Below are positions 39,250-53,749 of a stretch of 64,000 bases of DNA, piece after piece (position 1 is the first letter of the stretch; every line of letters begins with the position of its first letter). The notes below the pieces were generated by a model, which ran no database searches, was not told the origin of the DNA, and saw only the letters and a program-made list of their open reading frames with translations. Source of the stretch: Eledone cirrhosa (Eukaryota); the NCBI GenBank assembly GCA_964016885.1, contig OZ024742.1, positions 255,502,001 through 255,566,000 of the forward strand, written 5' to 3'. Both the position numbers and the translations under genes were made by a program.

Positions 39250-39304
39250 ACGTACAGTTGTATAGATGCACACACGCTCACACACACAGGCATATGTATA
39301 TATA

Positions 39305-39775
<471 letters not shown>

Positions 39776-39784
39776 ATATATATG

Positions 39785-39815
<31 letters not shown>

Positions 39816-39903
39816 GTGTATATATATAATTATGTATATATATATATAAAAGTATATATATGTTTATATACTTATATATATGCGTGCATGTGTATTTATA
39901 TGT

Positions 39904-39978
<75 letters not shown>

Positions 39979-40203
39979 CTGTAATTTTGACCGTTGGTCA
40001 GTCAATGGCAACATTGACGACCGAATAAATTAAATTAACCGATATAAAAGATACAGAAGCGACAACCAACCAAACAGTGAGTGTGTTCTGTTATTAATTC
40101 TGGCAATATTACACAAATATGACCCTCCCCAAGTATAACAATATTTGTTTCGACACACGATTTCATATAAAAAAACCTCGCAAAACTGTAAACTATATAT
40201 ATA

Positions 40204-40316
<113 letters not shown>

Positions 40317-40631
40317 TATAACAATAATTGCTGAATCGTTCACACACAAGCATTGTCTTGATATATAGATTATTTTGAGTTATTTTCTGCTGTTTGCATC
40401 ATTGTGATAAAGCAATGGTAGATTAGGCCAGGGAACACTTGCACTATGTAATACATATATAACAATTGATCGATTAGTATTATTTCCTCAGTTTATTTGT
40501 TTGCACAACTGCTCCACTTCACTGGTAATCACAAACATTCTCAGTATACTATAAGTCTTGTAACTATAATACATAATATGCATAAGCTTTATACATATAT
40601 ATAATGTAGTTAGCACGGTGAAATATAGATA

Positions 40632-41523
40632 CGAGGTGTGTCAGAAAAGTTCCAGGACTGATGTCACAAAAGATTTATTTCAAACCCAAACTTCACACTA
40701 AGGGTTTTCTCCTTCAAAGTAACCCCCCTGGAGTATGTAACTGTAATCTTAGCTCTCTGCAGCGATCAAACTTTTTTGTTCATAATTTTATATACATGTC
40801 CTCTGTTTCAGGTCGTCAAGCAGTGAGCATAGAACAACGAACAAACTTGAAAACTCCCTCAGAAGCACTGGGATTGCTGCAGCAAGTTTATGGAGATGAG
40901 ACGATGTCACACTCACGTGTTTTGAGTGGTGCAAGAGGTTTAAAGAAGGGCGCGAGGACGTGGAAGATGACCCCAGAAGCGGAGGTCCTCAACAACCAGG
41001 ACTGATTAACGTTGAGCGCGTCAGGCAGATGGTGCGTAGCGATCATCGGCTGACTGTTCGATTAATGGCAAATGAGCTGGGCATGAATCGGGACAACGTC
41101 TGGAAGATTCTCACTGAAGATTTGGACATGCGGAAAGTCTGCGCCAAGATGGTGCCAACACTGTTGAACGATGACCAGAAGGGTTGACGCATGCAAGTGT
41201 GCGAGAACATCCCCGAGCATCTTGAAACCGAACCAGACTTGCTAGGCACAGTCATCACCGGTGATGAGTCATAGATCTTCGAGTACGACCCGGTGGGGAC
41301 CCGTTTTGAAGACGTGGACGACATCAAAAAGGCCGTGACGACGGAATTGCGGAAGATCCCGGAAGAATCCTTCCAGGAGTGCATGCAAGCGTGGCAGAAA
41401 AGTATGGAAAAGTGCATTAGACTCCAGGGGGATTACTTTGAAGGAGAAAACTCTTAGTGTGAAGTTTGGGTTTGAAATAAATCTTTTGTGACATCAGCAA
41501 TGGAACTTTTCTGACACACCTCG
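40632..41523 (+). mobile_element. Internally deleted mariner transposon, ~102-bp TIRs, TA TSD
   Basis: TA|CGAGGTGTGTCAGAAAAGTTCC...GGAACTTTTCTGACACACCTCG|TA; LQQVYGD, EDDPRSG, KVCAKMVP, VITGDES, YDP joined directly to GTRF..KCIRLQGDYFE; most of the DDD core is missing. Confidence 0.93.
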
Positions 41524-41584
41524 TATATATATATATATATACATACACACACACACACACACACAACGCACACACACTACGCAC

Positions 41585-41617
<33 letters not shown>

Positions 41618-41627
41618 TACACACACA

Positions 41628-41730
<103 letters not shown>

Positions 41731-41732
41731 GT

Positions 41733-41767
<35 letters not shown>

Positions 41768-41769
<2 letters not shown>

Positions 41770-41965
41770 GGAACAAGTAAGACTCCGATGGCTGAGCTCA
41801 AGCCGTTTCGACGGCTAATTCTGTACTCAGTACAGAATTAGCCGTCGAAACGGCTTGAGCTCAGCCGTCGGGGTCTTACTTGTTCCTATTACCCACTCTA
41901 CTACCCTAAGTATTGAGTACTTTGGTGCGTTATGGTCCACCTGGTTCCTTACCACATTTCCTTCG

Positions 41966-41968
<3 letters not shown>
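41768..41968 (+). mobile_element. Mini fold-back insertion of the 62399 Naiad family (~60-bp arms + 80-bp tail)
   Basis: Near-perfect palindrome centred at ~41828; tail 41889-41968; TA flanks. Confidence 0.85.
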
Positions 41969-42014
<46 letters not shown>

Positions 42015-42238
42015 CTAGTTAGTACGGTGAAATATATATATATATATATACAATTCAATACATAAACAGAGAAAGCCTTAAGCGATACTCCGATCAACTC
42101 CATCTCACTCAACAAACATTAGGATATACTTAAGTATTATCCCAATTTACTGTTTGGGGTGCTAACTAATCAGTATTTCGTGGATAGTTGGTTGTATTAT
42201 TTTATATGAGACATTATTAAATAAATATCTCTTTCCTA

Positions 42239-42361
42239 CCAGACGGCCGTTTCGTTATAAGATTTCTACAACTTTGGGATAAATAATTTCCAGGTTATGT
42301 AGAAACTTGTACATAATTCATAGTTTTATACACAAGCGGGCTCTTATAAACTCATCAGTGG
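42239..42361 (-). ncRNA. Hammerhead ribozyme with branched ~100-nt stem II domain, within a probable PLE end (~42050-42570)
   Basis: Reverse complement: CCA-CTGATGA-GTTTATAAGA..TCTTATAAC-GAAA-CGGCCG-TC-TGG. Confidence 0.72.
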
Positions 42362-42585
42362 ATGCCCAAATAATATCGATATAAGAATTATATCGACATT
42401 AATAGAATGGTGATGGTCTCCCTCAGCACTAAGAGAATGGTAGATTAGAAAATCCAGCAGTCCTCTCAAAGAAAAAATACACGCTGTCCCCAAAAGGGTA
42501 AAGGGAGGTCATCGTAAAATAAAACAATATACACGCTGGTCATTTAAACCTGTTAGGTATTAACCACGTGTATACACACACACGC

Positions 42586-42642
<57 letters not shown>

Positions 42643-42718
42643 CACACACTTCTGATTATGTATGATACATACATTAATCTCGCAGTGTGCGTTTTAAGTT
42701 GTAATTATTTCACAGCTA

Positions 42719-43184
42719 GGGCGGTGGATTGGCAGTATCGGTAGAGGGTCGGACGCCAAGCTTTGTAGCACAGTTACGTCCCTTTACGGACTGAGTTCAA
42801 ATCCCGCCGAGGTTAACTTTGCCTTTCATCCTTACGGGGTCGATAAAATAAAGTACCAGTAATACACTTGGATAATTGCTGGCCTTGTGCCAAAAGTAGA
42901 AACAGCTACGTTGATATTCATCTGTGAGTGCTCGATGTGTAATTTAGAAAATATGATCTTTACATCCGCAAACCTTTTCTTACTGCGTGATATTAATAAT
43001 TGTTTCTACTTTTGGCACAAGGCCAACAATTATTCCAGTGTATTACTGCTACTTTATTTTATCGACCCCGTAAGGATGAAAGGCAAAATTAACCTCGCCG
43101 GGATTTGAACTCAGACCATAAAGGGTCGTAACTCTATGCTGCAAGGCATGGTGTCTGACCCTCTACCGATACTGCCAATCCACC
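42719..43184. mobile_element. Tail-to-tail pair of Meta-SINEs (+ 42719-42904, - 42997-43184)
   Basis: Family match. Confidence 0.88.
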
Positions 43185-44194
43185 TAGATATTAATAATAT
43201 TTTCTCATATATGGCTTATGAATAATCTTTTTTTTTTTAAAGTTAATTTATATGTGGCCAGTGTTGATTACTAATACTGTGTTTATAGTCCCATAAACAA
43301 TATTGTTATGTATAATAAACATATATTTCAACTTCCTGTAAGTATTTTAAAGAGTGACCATACCCCAGATAATGATATCCATGTCGCTGTGATAATGCCT
43401 CAGCTACCGATAACGAGGTCGCTGTCATCATATATTAAAACGTGTTCAGACCACGGCTACCGACACCCAGGTAGCTCTAATGAAATGTTCAGAAATGATC
43501 ATAATATAGCTACATATATCGAAATATCTGTGATGTGATCACAGCTACTTCGGTATTTATCGTGAGATCAAATGTATGTTTATTGTACATAAACATATTT
43601 AACATGGGTTTATATAATCCTTTTTTCATAACAATAATAGAAAATGGAAATAAGTACAAGGGAGCAAAAAGGAGGAAAAAGAATCGTTTGTTTTGATTCT
43701 ATAATATAATTATTCCTTATGTAAATTTATCCAACAACTAAACACAACAAACCCAAACTAACAAAAACACAGCACACAGAATACAATAACTGACTTAAAT
43801 AGAATTACGGCGAGAATGACTAGGAGCTTGGAATTTGAATGATGTTTCAACTTACACATATAATAACGTTGGTATCGATCTAGCGTTCAATTCATATTGA
43901 TCACCAGTTCATATGAATATTTGGTGGTTAGTACAATATGTTAATAAATATGCACTTTTAGTCAATATTCCTTATATGATGTAGTTAGATTTATTTGTAA
44001 AATATCTAGGATATTGGATTAACTAAAGAAAATACCTATAAGTCAATCAAGAAAATGCCTATAAGGTAGCCCTTGATGTGTGGTTAAAAGTTCAATTCAC
44101 AAACACACTGTTCTGGTTTTAGTCCGATTGCGTGGAGTCTAGGATTAGTGAGGGAAATTGGCAGACAGTAACAAAAAATATCGAACAGCACCAT

Positions 44195-46920
44195 CTATTC
44201 AACGTTGTGCTGAACGACCATGAGCCGGCAATTGACTCCACAAACCTGCCTCGCTCCTGCATATTGTTTTACAGATGTGACACACACGAGGCTCTCTGAC
44301 AGTCCTGAACATAACTTCCTCCTTATGCACTCTCATGTGCGGTTTGAGTCCATCAGCATCAGACCTTATAGCAAAAAAAACGACATAAATACCCCGCAAC
44401 ATAATCGGCCCCAGACTGCTGATTATTGTGAGCTCTTAATTGATTTGCAACCCTGGTACGAAAAAGAACAATCTTTCGGGAGATGTTAAAAATATACTCC
44501 GAACGGACTGAGTATACAACACCTTTCATGAGTGTTCTTTTAGATACCAAATTGTCCATCCTTTTGATCGCAAAACGATCACAACCATCATAAACCAGAC
44601 TTCTCCAGCAAGATCTACTCTCTGCCTTGTCTTTCCATCCTCAACACTAATAGCAAGTGACTTCAAGTGGCTTTTGACATCGGCCCTGAAACGTTTCTTG
44701 GATTTGTGTTTGGAGTGTTTACCAAGACTTAATTATCCATACCAAATTCGGCAAGGAAACATTCCATATCCCATCCGCCGTAAATGCGCTGCCCAACGCA
44801 GTTGGTTTCAAATGAGTCGTTTTTCTAAGCTGGCTGTATTGGTCCACTGCAGAACAACGGTGTCAGGTGTAAATGACTGCCACTTAATTTTCAAAATACA
44901 CCTTAGGCACTTTTGGTTGAATCTTTCCACTGTCCTCATATGATGTTGGTATGTGGTCCAAGTCTCAGAAGAGTACAAGAGATCAGTCAGGACATAGGAT
45001 TGTTAGACACTTATCGTAGTGCCAAATATGATAACTCTATTCACCCAGACCCGTCCCTCCAACCTACCAAATGTTTGGCTGACTTCTGCGATCCTTAGTT
45101 CGATTTTGGAGTCCAATGAACCATCTCTGGAGAGAGCAGCACTACCAAAGTAGACAAATGCATCAACAACCTTCAACCTCAGATTCTGAATAAAGACGTT
45201 GGGCTCAGCATAATGTTGCTCAGGAGGTGGTGTGTACATGACCTTGAGCTTTTCTGTATTGATAGTAATCCCGAAAGCGGTGCATGCCTAAAAAACACAG
45301 GCCCATGATTGCCTCCATGTCCTCCCCGGTATGAGCAACAAGGTTTGCATTGTCAGTATTGACCAACTCTCTGATGACAGACTGGAAAGTATTTGATTAG
45401 GCCCTAAAACGTGTCAAGGTAAAAATCTTAGCTGTGATCTTGTAACGGTGATACACACAAACATCGCAATTCAGAAATGCCTACGTGAGAGTCATGGCAA
45501 CGAAGATAAAAGAACAGAGTTGCTGTTGGAATGCCCTCTTGCATAACTCCATTATCGATGGATATGTGTTCAAATAGAGAACCATTGATGTTAAACCCGC
45601 CTTTCATACCTCTATGTAGATGTTTGAACTAGCTCACAAAATCCTGAGGGCTTTCCACCTTATCAAGAATGTCAACAGGGCATCTCTACTTACAGAGTCA
45701 AACATTTTGGTGACGTCAACAAAAAACCTTGTACAAAGCCACGCGATGTTCTAGACGTTTTTTTCTGTAGCTGGTGAGCCGAGAAGATCATGTCCATTGT
45801 AACCCTGCTCGACCTGAAGCCTCATTGTGTCTCCAGAATCAATCAAGGGAAAATCCACTTGATAAGCCTATTAAAGAGAGGTTTGGCAAAGCTTTTACCC
45901 AAGAAGGCTTATTCCCCCATATTTTCCACAAACTGACTCCTTTCAATTGAACAAGGAAACAAGGATCGTATCAATTCAGTCTTGAGAAACAAAAGTACCC
46001 GACCAAATATTAGAAATCAAATGATAAATCTCCACAGCAATTTTGTCACCTATGTGAAACAAGACCTCGACAGGGATACCATTACAACGCGGTGCCTTCC
46101 CAGTATTACTCTCCCCTGCAGCCTGTTGGATCTCTGGCAGAGAAGGATTATCTGACATCTCATGAGTTATATCCAATTGAGGCAAGTTACTGATGATATC
46201 TGCATTAAACTCCGATGGATTATAAAAGAGATCATTAAAATGCTCGCTTCAGCGTCCCCTTACACTGTTGGAGTCTTTGAAAATGACAGATCTATCCTTG
46301 AACTTGCGTGGCATCACGGACGCAGATTTAGGGCCAAAGGCCTGATTTATCATATGGCACAATGCTTGAAGTTCTTTTGATCATGGGCAATCTGAATCCG
46401 CATTGAAATATTTGCACCATAAATTAATTTTCATCTGACAGATTACACGCTGGAGTAAAAATGTTGCATCCTTGAAGGACTGAATCAAGACAGAACGGTC
46501 TTTATCTGAAGCATTCAAAAACGTTTGGTGAGCATCATTATGTTCCTTCAATGGCTGGTTGATCTAAGAATCATTTCCATCAAACCAGTCACGACGTTTC
46601 TTTTTCTTGGGACATAGGACTTCAACACTAGTGTTGTAGACCGCACTTTTATGTGCCGTCACATTCAGTTTCTTCAATGCCCCCTTCAGATCCTTACAAA
46701 CCGCCGGTTCCTGCAATCAATACACGTCTACGAGTCAAGGCAGCCTTATCTCATTAGATCTTATTTTACATTTGATGCGAAATTTCATTTTGTCATGTAC
46801 TAGAGTATGATCTGTCCCACACTCAGCGCTTCACATGGCCCGGACAGTGCAGACACGCTGAAGATCTTGTATACGACAGATGACATAATGAAGAATATGC
46901 CCATGTTTGGAACTTCGGTG
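44195..46920 (-). mobile_element. Decayed RTE-clade LINE (end of APE through RT to C-terminal zinc finger)
   Basis: AECGTDH, DWFD, GKAPRCNGIPVE, VVDAFVYFGS, CHICKTICRSEAGLWSQLPAH; many disablements. Confidence 0.9.
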
Positions 46921-46929
46921 ATTCCTACG

Positions 46930-47610
46930 GTCTTTAAAAACTTCGTTAAAAAAGAGCACTAGGATTTCTAATCTTGCTTCTAACAAGACCATGTTTAACA
47001 GAGCGGAACCTTACTATGATAAACTTTCTCACCCCCTCCTAATCACACTACCAGTGGAAAGAAAAATAGAAATGAAAAAAATAATTTGGTTCTGGCCACC
47101 ATTCTCGCACGGTGTTAGAACTAGTGTAGTTAGGACATTCTTGGCACTCCTAGAAAAGCACTTCACTATAGGATATACAATCCTTCATTAGACACAGGAT
47201 GAAACTCGAATATTCCTGTGCCAAAAAAATACGAAACCCCACATCACCATCAATCCCAAGAGCTCTCAGATTTTTTTAGTCACTGACCCTATGCTGCGAA
47301 GTTTCTTCTTTCGCCACTGGAAGGACTCAGGATAACCAAAGTTTTAACCCAGACTGAACCACCCACACCCACATTATTTCCTTCCCCTGACCCTTAGCCT
47401 GTTTAGATACACTTACCTTAATCCTCCCCTTATTTCATCTTCCCCCCACCGCAGCTTACCACCATGACAAATCTGACCTTAGCACAACCATGTCAACTAA
47501 TGACCTATTTCACACACTGCAAAAATTCCAACGGCCTTAAAAAGGCTTCCTGAACACAAGCCGAAACTGCATGGTGCTACGGTCGGAATTATACCCTCCC
47601 CTTTCTCTCT
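46930..47610 (+). mobile_element. Decayed Naiad-type PLE fragment with a degenerate hammerhead at ~47533-47590
   Basis: FNRAEPYY, IIWFWPPFS..VRTFLALLEKHF; GGCTT..AAGCC-GAAA-CTG..CGG-TC-GG with a decayed CUGANGA box. Confidence 0.7.
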
Positions 47611-47615
47611 CTGCA

Positions 47616-47963
47616 TATATATTGGGCCATCAAGTATGACATTTGTAGAAAAAACATATGACCATATGCCTCATTACAAATTTCATACTTGACGACCCAA
47701 TATATATAGTGTTATCAATATCTATTTACGTGATGGTATGTGGGATTTCCGTTGGCACTCTTTAAGTCGGTAGTATGTATCCAAAATTAATTTGGGATCA
47801 CGTGTAACACAACGGAGTATTGTTATATGAATAAACGTTAATGCAGGTTTGTGTAATTATATAATTATATATATTAGTTATTATGCGCATTTCTGGAACG
47901 CCAGCGTATAAGACATAATGTATATAATTATAATTATGTAATTACACAAACCTGTCTTAGCGG

Positions 47964-47968
<5 letters not shown>
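47616..47968. mobile_element. Two small fold-back elements (47616-47707 and ~47832-47968) with tail sequence between them
   Basis: ATTGGGCCATCAAGTATGA / TCATACTTGACGACCCAAT; CAGGTTTGTGTAATTA / TAATTACACAAACCTG with TATGCGCATTTC (hammerhead 3' half, antisense) near the turn. Confidence 0.6.
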
Positions 47969-48001
<33 letters not shown>

Positions 48002-48990
48002 TCATTTAATGCATCTATCTATCTATCTAACTATCTGTGTATGTCCCCCCCTCTCTCTCTGTCTATCTATCTAGCTTGCTAGCTATGTGTTTGTGTGTTA
48101 TGGGTGAGTGTCTATGGGCATGTATGGATTTTGTTTGCGTGTGTGTGTGTGTGTGATGAGTCGAGTTGCTGAGCAAAACAAGACAATTGACGTTTCACAA
48201 AACCCCCTCGCAACACTCCATTTGTTTCTTTACTTATTATTCTCATATCGTTTCATTCATTCAACTGTTGCAACTATAGGTGTTCATTGTTTCATTATAG
48301 GCTGAAATCATAGAATTCACTTGTATTCATTCCTTCAGTCAGACATTATTTCATTCATTTATTCACACGTTAGTGGTGACAGAATGCATTCTATCTAGTT
48401 GTCTTCAATACAATAGATGGAAGTTATATGTCGAAGTCGTTTGCTGTATATGTCTGTTATAGATGTCTTGCGTTTATTCGAATATTCTATCTAAGCTTGT
48501 CTGCTTATGCAGAGATCAGATGAATAACCTCAAAATTTCGTCATATCTCTAATCACTTTTATTTTCCTCTAATGAATCAATAAGTTCGCTTAGAAAACAA
48601 TGGCCGCCTTTTTCAAGATGTCTCGGCACATATCTTGCTGAGATGGAGGAGAAATTGATTGCTTCTGTAATGAAATAAGAAGAAGCCTCATTTTGATTAA
48701 TGAGGTAGTAACTGAAGTAGGTTTTTCTTTTCCGAACAGATTATATAAATTGGCCACAATATTTCAGTTTACGACGTGATGACGAATGATTAATATTTAA
48801 AGACATAAATGCTAGAATAAAAAAACAATTTCACAACACATTGATTCTATATTTTTTCTGAAAAACCACAAACAACAGCAACAATAACAACAAAAACAAC
48901 ACAGATATATAGTTGCATATATATATATATATGAAACATTAGCTGCACCCACAACTCGTTACCATTCGGTAAACACACGCACGCACGCAC

Positions 48991-49069
<79 letters not shown>

Positions 49070-49179
49070 CGCGCACGCACACACACACGCACACACGCAC
49101 ACACGCACACACGCACACACACACACACACACACGCACGCACACACACACGCACACATGCACACACGCACACGCACACA

Positions 49180-49220
<41 letters not shown>

Positions 49221-49364
49221 ACACACACACCAACACACACACACACACGCACATTTATGCCAATGAAAGTAAACACATGCGGCTCGCAAAAGATTTGCTT
49301 CGAGATTAGTTGGCATCATTTTTATTTTCAGGTAATGTGAATGTGTGAGTGTATAGTGTGTGTG

Positions 49365-49422
<58 letters not shown>

Positions 49423-49546
49423 CCTGTGTATGTATGTGTGTATGAGGGCTTTTTAGTATAAATATTTATTATACATACATACATAGATACATACATACAT
49501 AGATACATACACACACACACACACATACACACATACACACATACAG

Positions 49547-49645
<99 letters not shown>

Positions 49646-49799
49646 TATATAATATATCGAAGCGGTCGAAGGCGACTTTTTTCCGTTTGTCAATGTCTTC
49701 ACTCTGTTTTTTAAGCTATTTTATAACATTTCCGCGCATGAGCACACCGCTCTTTATATCAAATATATATATATATACAAGGTGAGAGAGAGAAAGGAA

Positions 49800-52170
49800 A
49801 TTCAAAGAGGGATTAAATTTAAGAAATTGTGAGAATTTGAATTCTCGGCAGATGTTCTGTCAGAGAACAGATTGCAGCTGTCAGATAGTGAAAAGGCCAC
49901 AAGAGATGATGGTTAGTTTCGGTATAAGCGGCTTCCTGTCGGCGGAATAAGAAAATCTGGACCAAACAGAGATAAAACAAGTAGTAGTGATCGCGAAATG
50001 GATGACACTGTTTAGCTCCCAAGAAAACTCTTACAACTTTGTGATGTAGGTACGATGAGGTGAGTAAAGATCACCTCTAAACCAGCTTGTTTTCGCGGAT
50101 CTGAGTAAAGTACCAAATAGGTGACTGGTGCTAATAATAAACCAAAGCGCTGCAATATGGCGAGACATAACAAAGGCCGTCAATACAACATTATCTTTTG
50201 CGCGGCTAAACAAGGGACGTGTTCAGACCCTTGACAGAGAGGCCTGTTCGAAAAAATATATTGCAGTCTCTATCCAATGTTGTAAGAACTGGCGATGGGC
50301 CTGGGATCTGTCTTGGGAGGCGTAGGATGGAAGCACAAAGGTTACGTATCCTGAGACAACAAAGAGGGTCGGAGGGGGCAAACCTTGACAATGTGTAACT
50401 CGAAATTTACAGCTTTTACAAACAAGAAGCAGGAACTAGTGGTGGAGCCTACACACCCTGCAGGTCCAGATCGAGATAAAGGATATAGTGAGAGGTGCTG
50501 GCAGATAAGGAAGTAAGGAACTGTTCTGCAGATACTATTGTATCCAAATTCAGAGAACTCTCCGACAAACGTGAAGACGTTGAAACAAAGTGGAGGCTGT
50601 TCAGTTCGGAAGTTTCTGCTTCTGCGGGCGATTCAGGTTTGTTGTGGACCCGGGTGGCAGGAGGAGCCCCTTTCTTCAATCAATGGGGTAAAGATACCAA
50701 AGAAGGAAGCTTAAAAATCTTGGCTTGGAAAAATATCATAAACAGTACAAACAGCAGAGACAGTTAAAGTGTCCAATGTTAAGACTTTGGAAGACTTTAG
50801 GGTTAAGCTGGAATCCAAATCCAGCTCAGAAAATAAAGTGTTCTGGTAGACCAATTGTCAATTCCGTAATAAATCCTCCACGCCTGCTATCAGGAACGCG
50901 TCTTTGGCTCTCCTCTCTTCAGAGTGTGCATTCTCGAGAGATGGAAAAATACTTATGTGATCTATTAAACTCTGTCACAACGGCATCTTCTGATGTCCAT
51001 GAGATACATCTTGGAGCGATAATTTTCCTCTCGTAGGCCTAAGTCTAAAGAGCAATTAAAGAGCTCAAATGTGGCAAGGTCGCTGGTATGGATGAAATAC
51101 GGCCCTAGATGTTAAAGTCATAATTAAAAGAAGGTACTCTCTGACTGACTGCCGTGTGCCGGGTGGCCTGGATGTTTGAAAGTCACCTAAGCAATGTCGA
51201 TCAGTAGTGATAAAATCTCAATTTTCAAAAAGAGGGATCCCTTTGTTAAGCCTCACCGGAAAAGTCTATGCTATGTGTCTAGCATAGAGATGTAGGGATA
51301 TATTTGTGCCCAAGTTATCCGATGAACAATGTGATATATGCCCCAGACTTAGCACAGCTGACCAAATATTCACACTTCGGTAGGTTGAGAAATCGTGGAA
51401 GTATTGCAAAGTTGTGTATGCTTGTTTCTTGAATCTCGAAAAGACCACGTTCCACGGGATCTGCCGTGGAAGGTTCTGCAGAAGTATAGGATCGAGGAAA
51501 CGACTTCTCCATTCTATCTGCCGGGGCCGTAGGGCGGCCAGCACGCGGGACCACGTTTTCTCATAATACAGAGAGATGGGGAAGGCTAGAGAGATGGAGG
51601 AGATGACAGTAGGGATTTCGGCTCTTCCGTGTTCGGACACATTTATCAATTCTATGTTATTATTATTATAGACAGCGGTGGATTGGCAGTATCGGTAGAG
51701 GGTCGGACGCCATGCTTTGACGTATAGAGTTACGACCTTTGCCATTCTGAGTTCAAATCCCGCCGAGGTTAACTTTGCCTTTCAACCTTACGGGGTCGAT
51801 AAAATAAAGTACCAGTAATGCACTGGGTAATTGCTGGCCTTGTGCCAAACGTAGAAACAATTATTATTATAGAGAGCTTGTCGTTGCCTTGATGTCTCTA
51901 TTGGAATGCCCTATTATTTGTGTTCGGATAAATGTTGCTAAATCGAAACCATTAATGTAGTTGTTCGATTCCACCAACAGTCCATACTGTTCACAATCTA
52001 CATGGACAGCATTGGCATGCGTAACCGGGTTGGAAGTGGTATCAAGATCGATATATGTAGGGTCAGTTGGCTGGAATTTGCGGACGACATGGTATTACTT
52101 CACTTGTCAGAAGATGATCTCCCACATTCACTTGATATATCTGCTGCCGAGTATTGCCCGACAAAGGGAA
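49800..52170 (+). mobile_element. Decayed RTE (Expander/Rex3-like) LINE interrupted by a SINE
   Basis: KYLCDLLN, GKVAGMDEIRP, SLTGKVY, DQIFTL, ACFLNLEK, LEFADDMVLL; left boundary approximate. Confidence 0.75.
51675..51862 (+). mobile_element. Meta-domain tRNA-SINE copy
   Basis: Family match. Confidence 0.88.
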
Positions 52171-52464
52171 GTGAACCAACGCCCCCATAACACTTTATTT
52201 CTCTGAAGTGCGCCATAACTAGCACAATGTCAAACAAAATAAAGATTATCTGATTCGGACATGTCAACGTTTCAGAACTCTTATTGAAATCAATGCAAAT
52301 TGCGGATTCATTGATTAGATGCGTTAGAATGAGTCGCAAGATTATTCATGTCAATAGTTTTCTTAAATATATCTATTCTTTCAGACATATGCGTCTTTTA
52401 CTAAATTCATGCAAATGTTCTCAAAGAATTAAGAAACCCTATAATAATTCATAAATTGTTTCTC

Positions 52465-52516
<52 letters not shown>

Positions 52517-52737
52517 TCTCTTTCTCCCCATTTCTGCATTCACTCCACCTCTGGCTTTGAATATGAGGGTCGGCTGAAATATTTATAGGTTGACCAAGAT
52601 ACTCTCATGGGGCGACTAAATGAGGTTTATTTTTTAACATAGTACATAGAAAGAAACAATACATGTCTGCCAGAAACATTTTCACACTCGTAATGATGTT
52701 GGTTGGTTGTTGTAATCATTTTGATCATGATGATTAT

Positions 52738-52836
52738 CTTCTTCTTCTTCTTCTTCTTCTTCTTCTTCTTCTTCTTCTTCTTCTTCTTCTTCTTCTTCTT
52801 CTTCTTCTTCTTCTTCTTCTTCTTCTTCTTCTTCTC
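52738..52836. repeat. (CTT)n microsatellite
   Basis: Direct reading. Confidence 0.95.
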
Positions 52837-52839
52837 GGA

Positions 52840-53300
52840 TGCCATTCTCTCTAGCAATTTTGACTTAGATATTCTAACCACATGTCCGTAGTATCTGAGC
52901 AGTCATCCCTCGAAGCGGGGAAGTAGCATCTCTACCTGGAGCGACTCCCTGCTCTGCAAGCTACGCACTCTATCGAGTATTGTCACTCCAAAGACACTTC
53001 GGAGGAGCCTCACTTCGGCTGTTTGTATTTGAGTCATTACCTAAGAACCTAAGATTCATGACCATAGGTAAGGTTAGGCTCGAATAACAAATTGAAGATT
53101 GCGGGTTAGGCTTTTACAAAAACCACCATTCTTCGGATGTCCGAATGCCGAAGCTGTCTTATTTCTGCACCAGCTCCTGCAATTCTTGCCTTTAATTCAG
53201 CCTTCTGCCTTCCATCACTCATGAAAATGGCCCCAAGATATATGAATCTTTCCCCCAACGTCAGTGTAACTCCACTCCTATACACAATGCAATTTATCAA
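52840..53300 (-). mobile_element. RTE LINE C-terminal fragment
   Basis: ERFIYLGAIFMSDGR..ELKARI, LTYGHES, IQTAEVRLLR..GVTILDRVRS. Confidence 0.8.
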
Positions 53301-53563
53301 ATTTGAAATTGAATTATTTTTTGTGCAAAATAAGATGTCTTATCATTACACATATACTACTGCTACTATTAATGCCACTGCTGTCGCTGCTGCTGCTGTT
53401 ACTACTACAACTACTACTTATGGTGGTCATGTTGATCATGATGATGATGGAAGTGATGCTGTTGCTGTTGTCCATCGTAAAAACTACTTCATGCCATAAT
53501 TTTGTTTTACGATTTCTATAGACTTAAATTACAGATAATTCATCAGAAAACTTATTATTTGAA

Positions 53564-53651
<88 letters not shown>

Positions 53652-53674
53652 ACACCCACACCCTCTCTCTCTCC

Positions 53675-53718
<44 letters not shown>

Positions 53719-53749
53719 TATATATATAATATATATATATATATTGCAA

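Noticed and set aside
52561-52680. Mariner-like terminus (TA|TGAGGGTCGGCTGAAA)
   Set aside because: No partner TIR found
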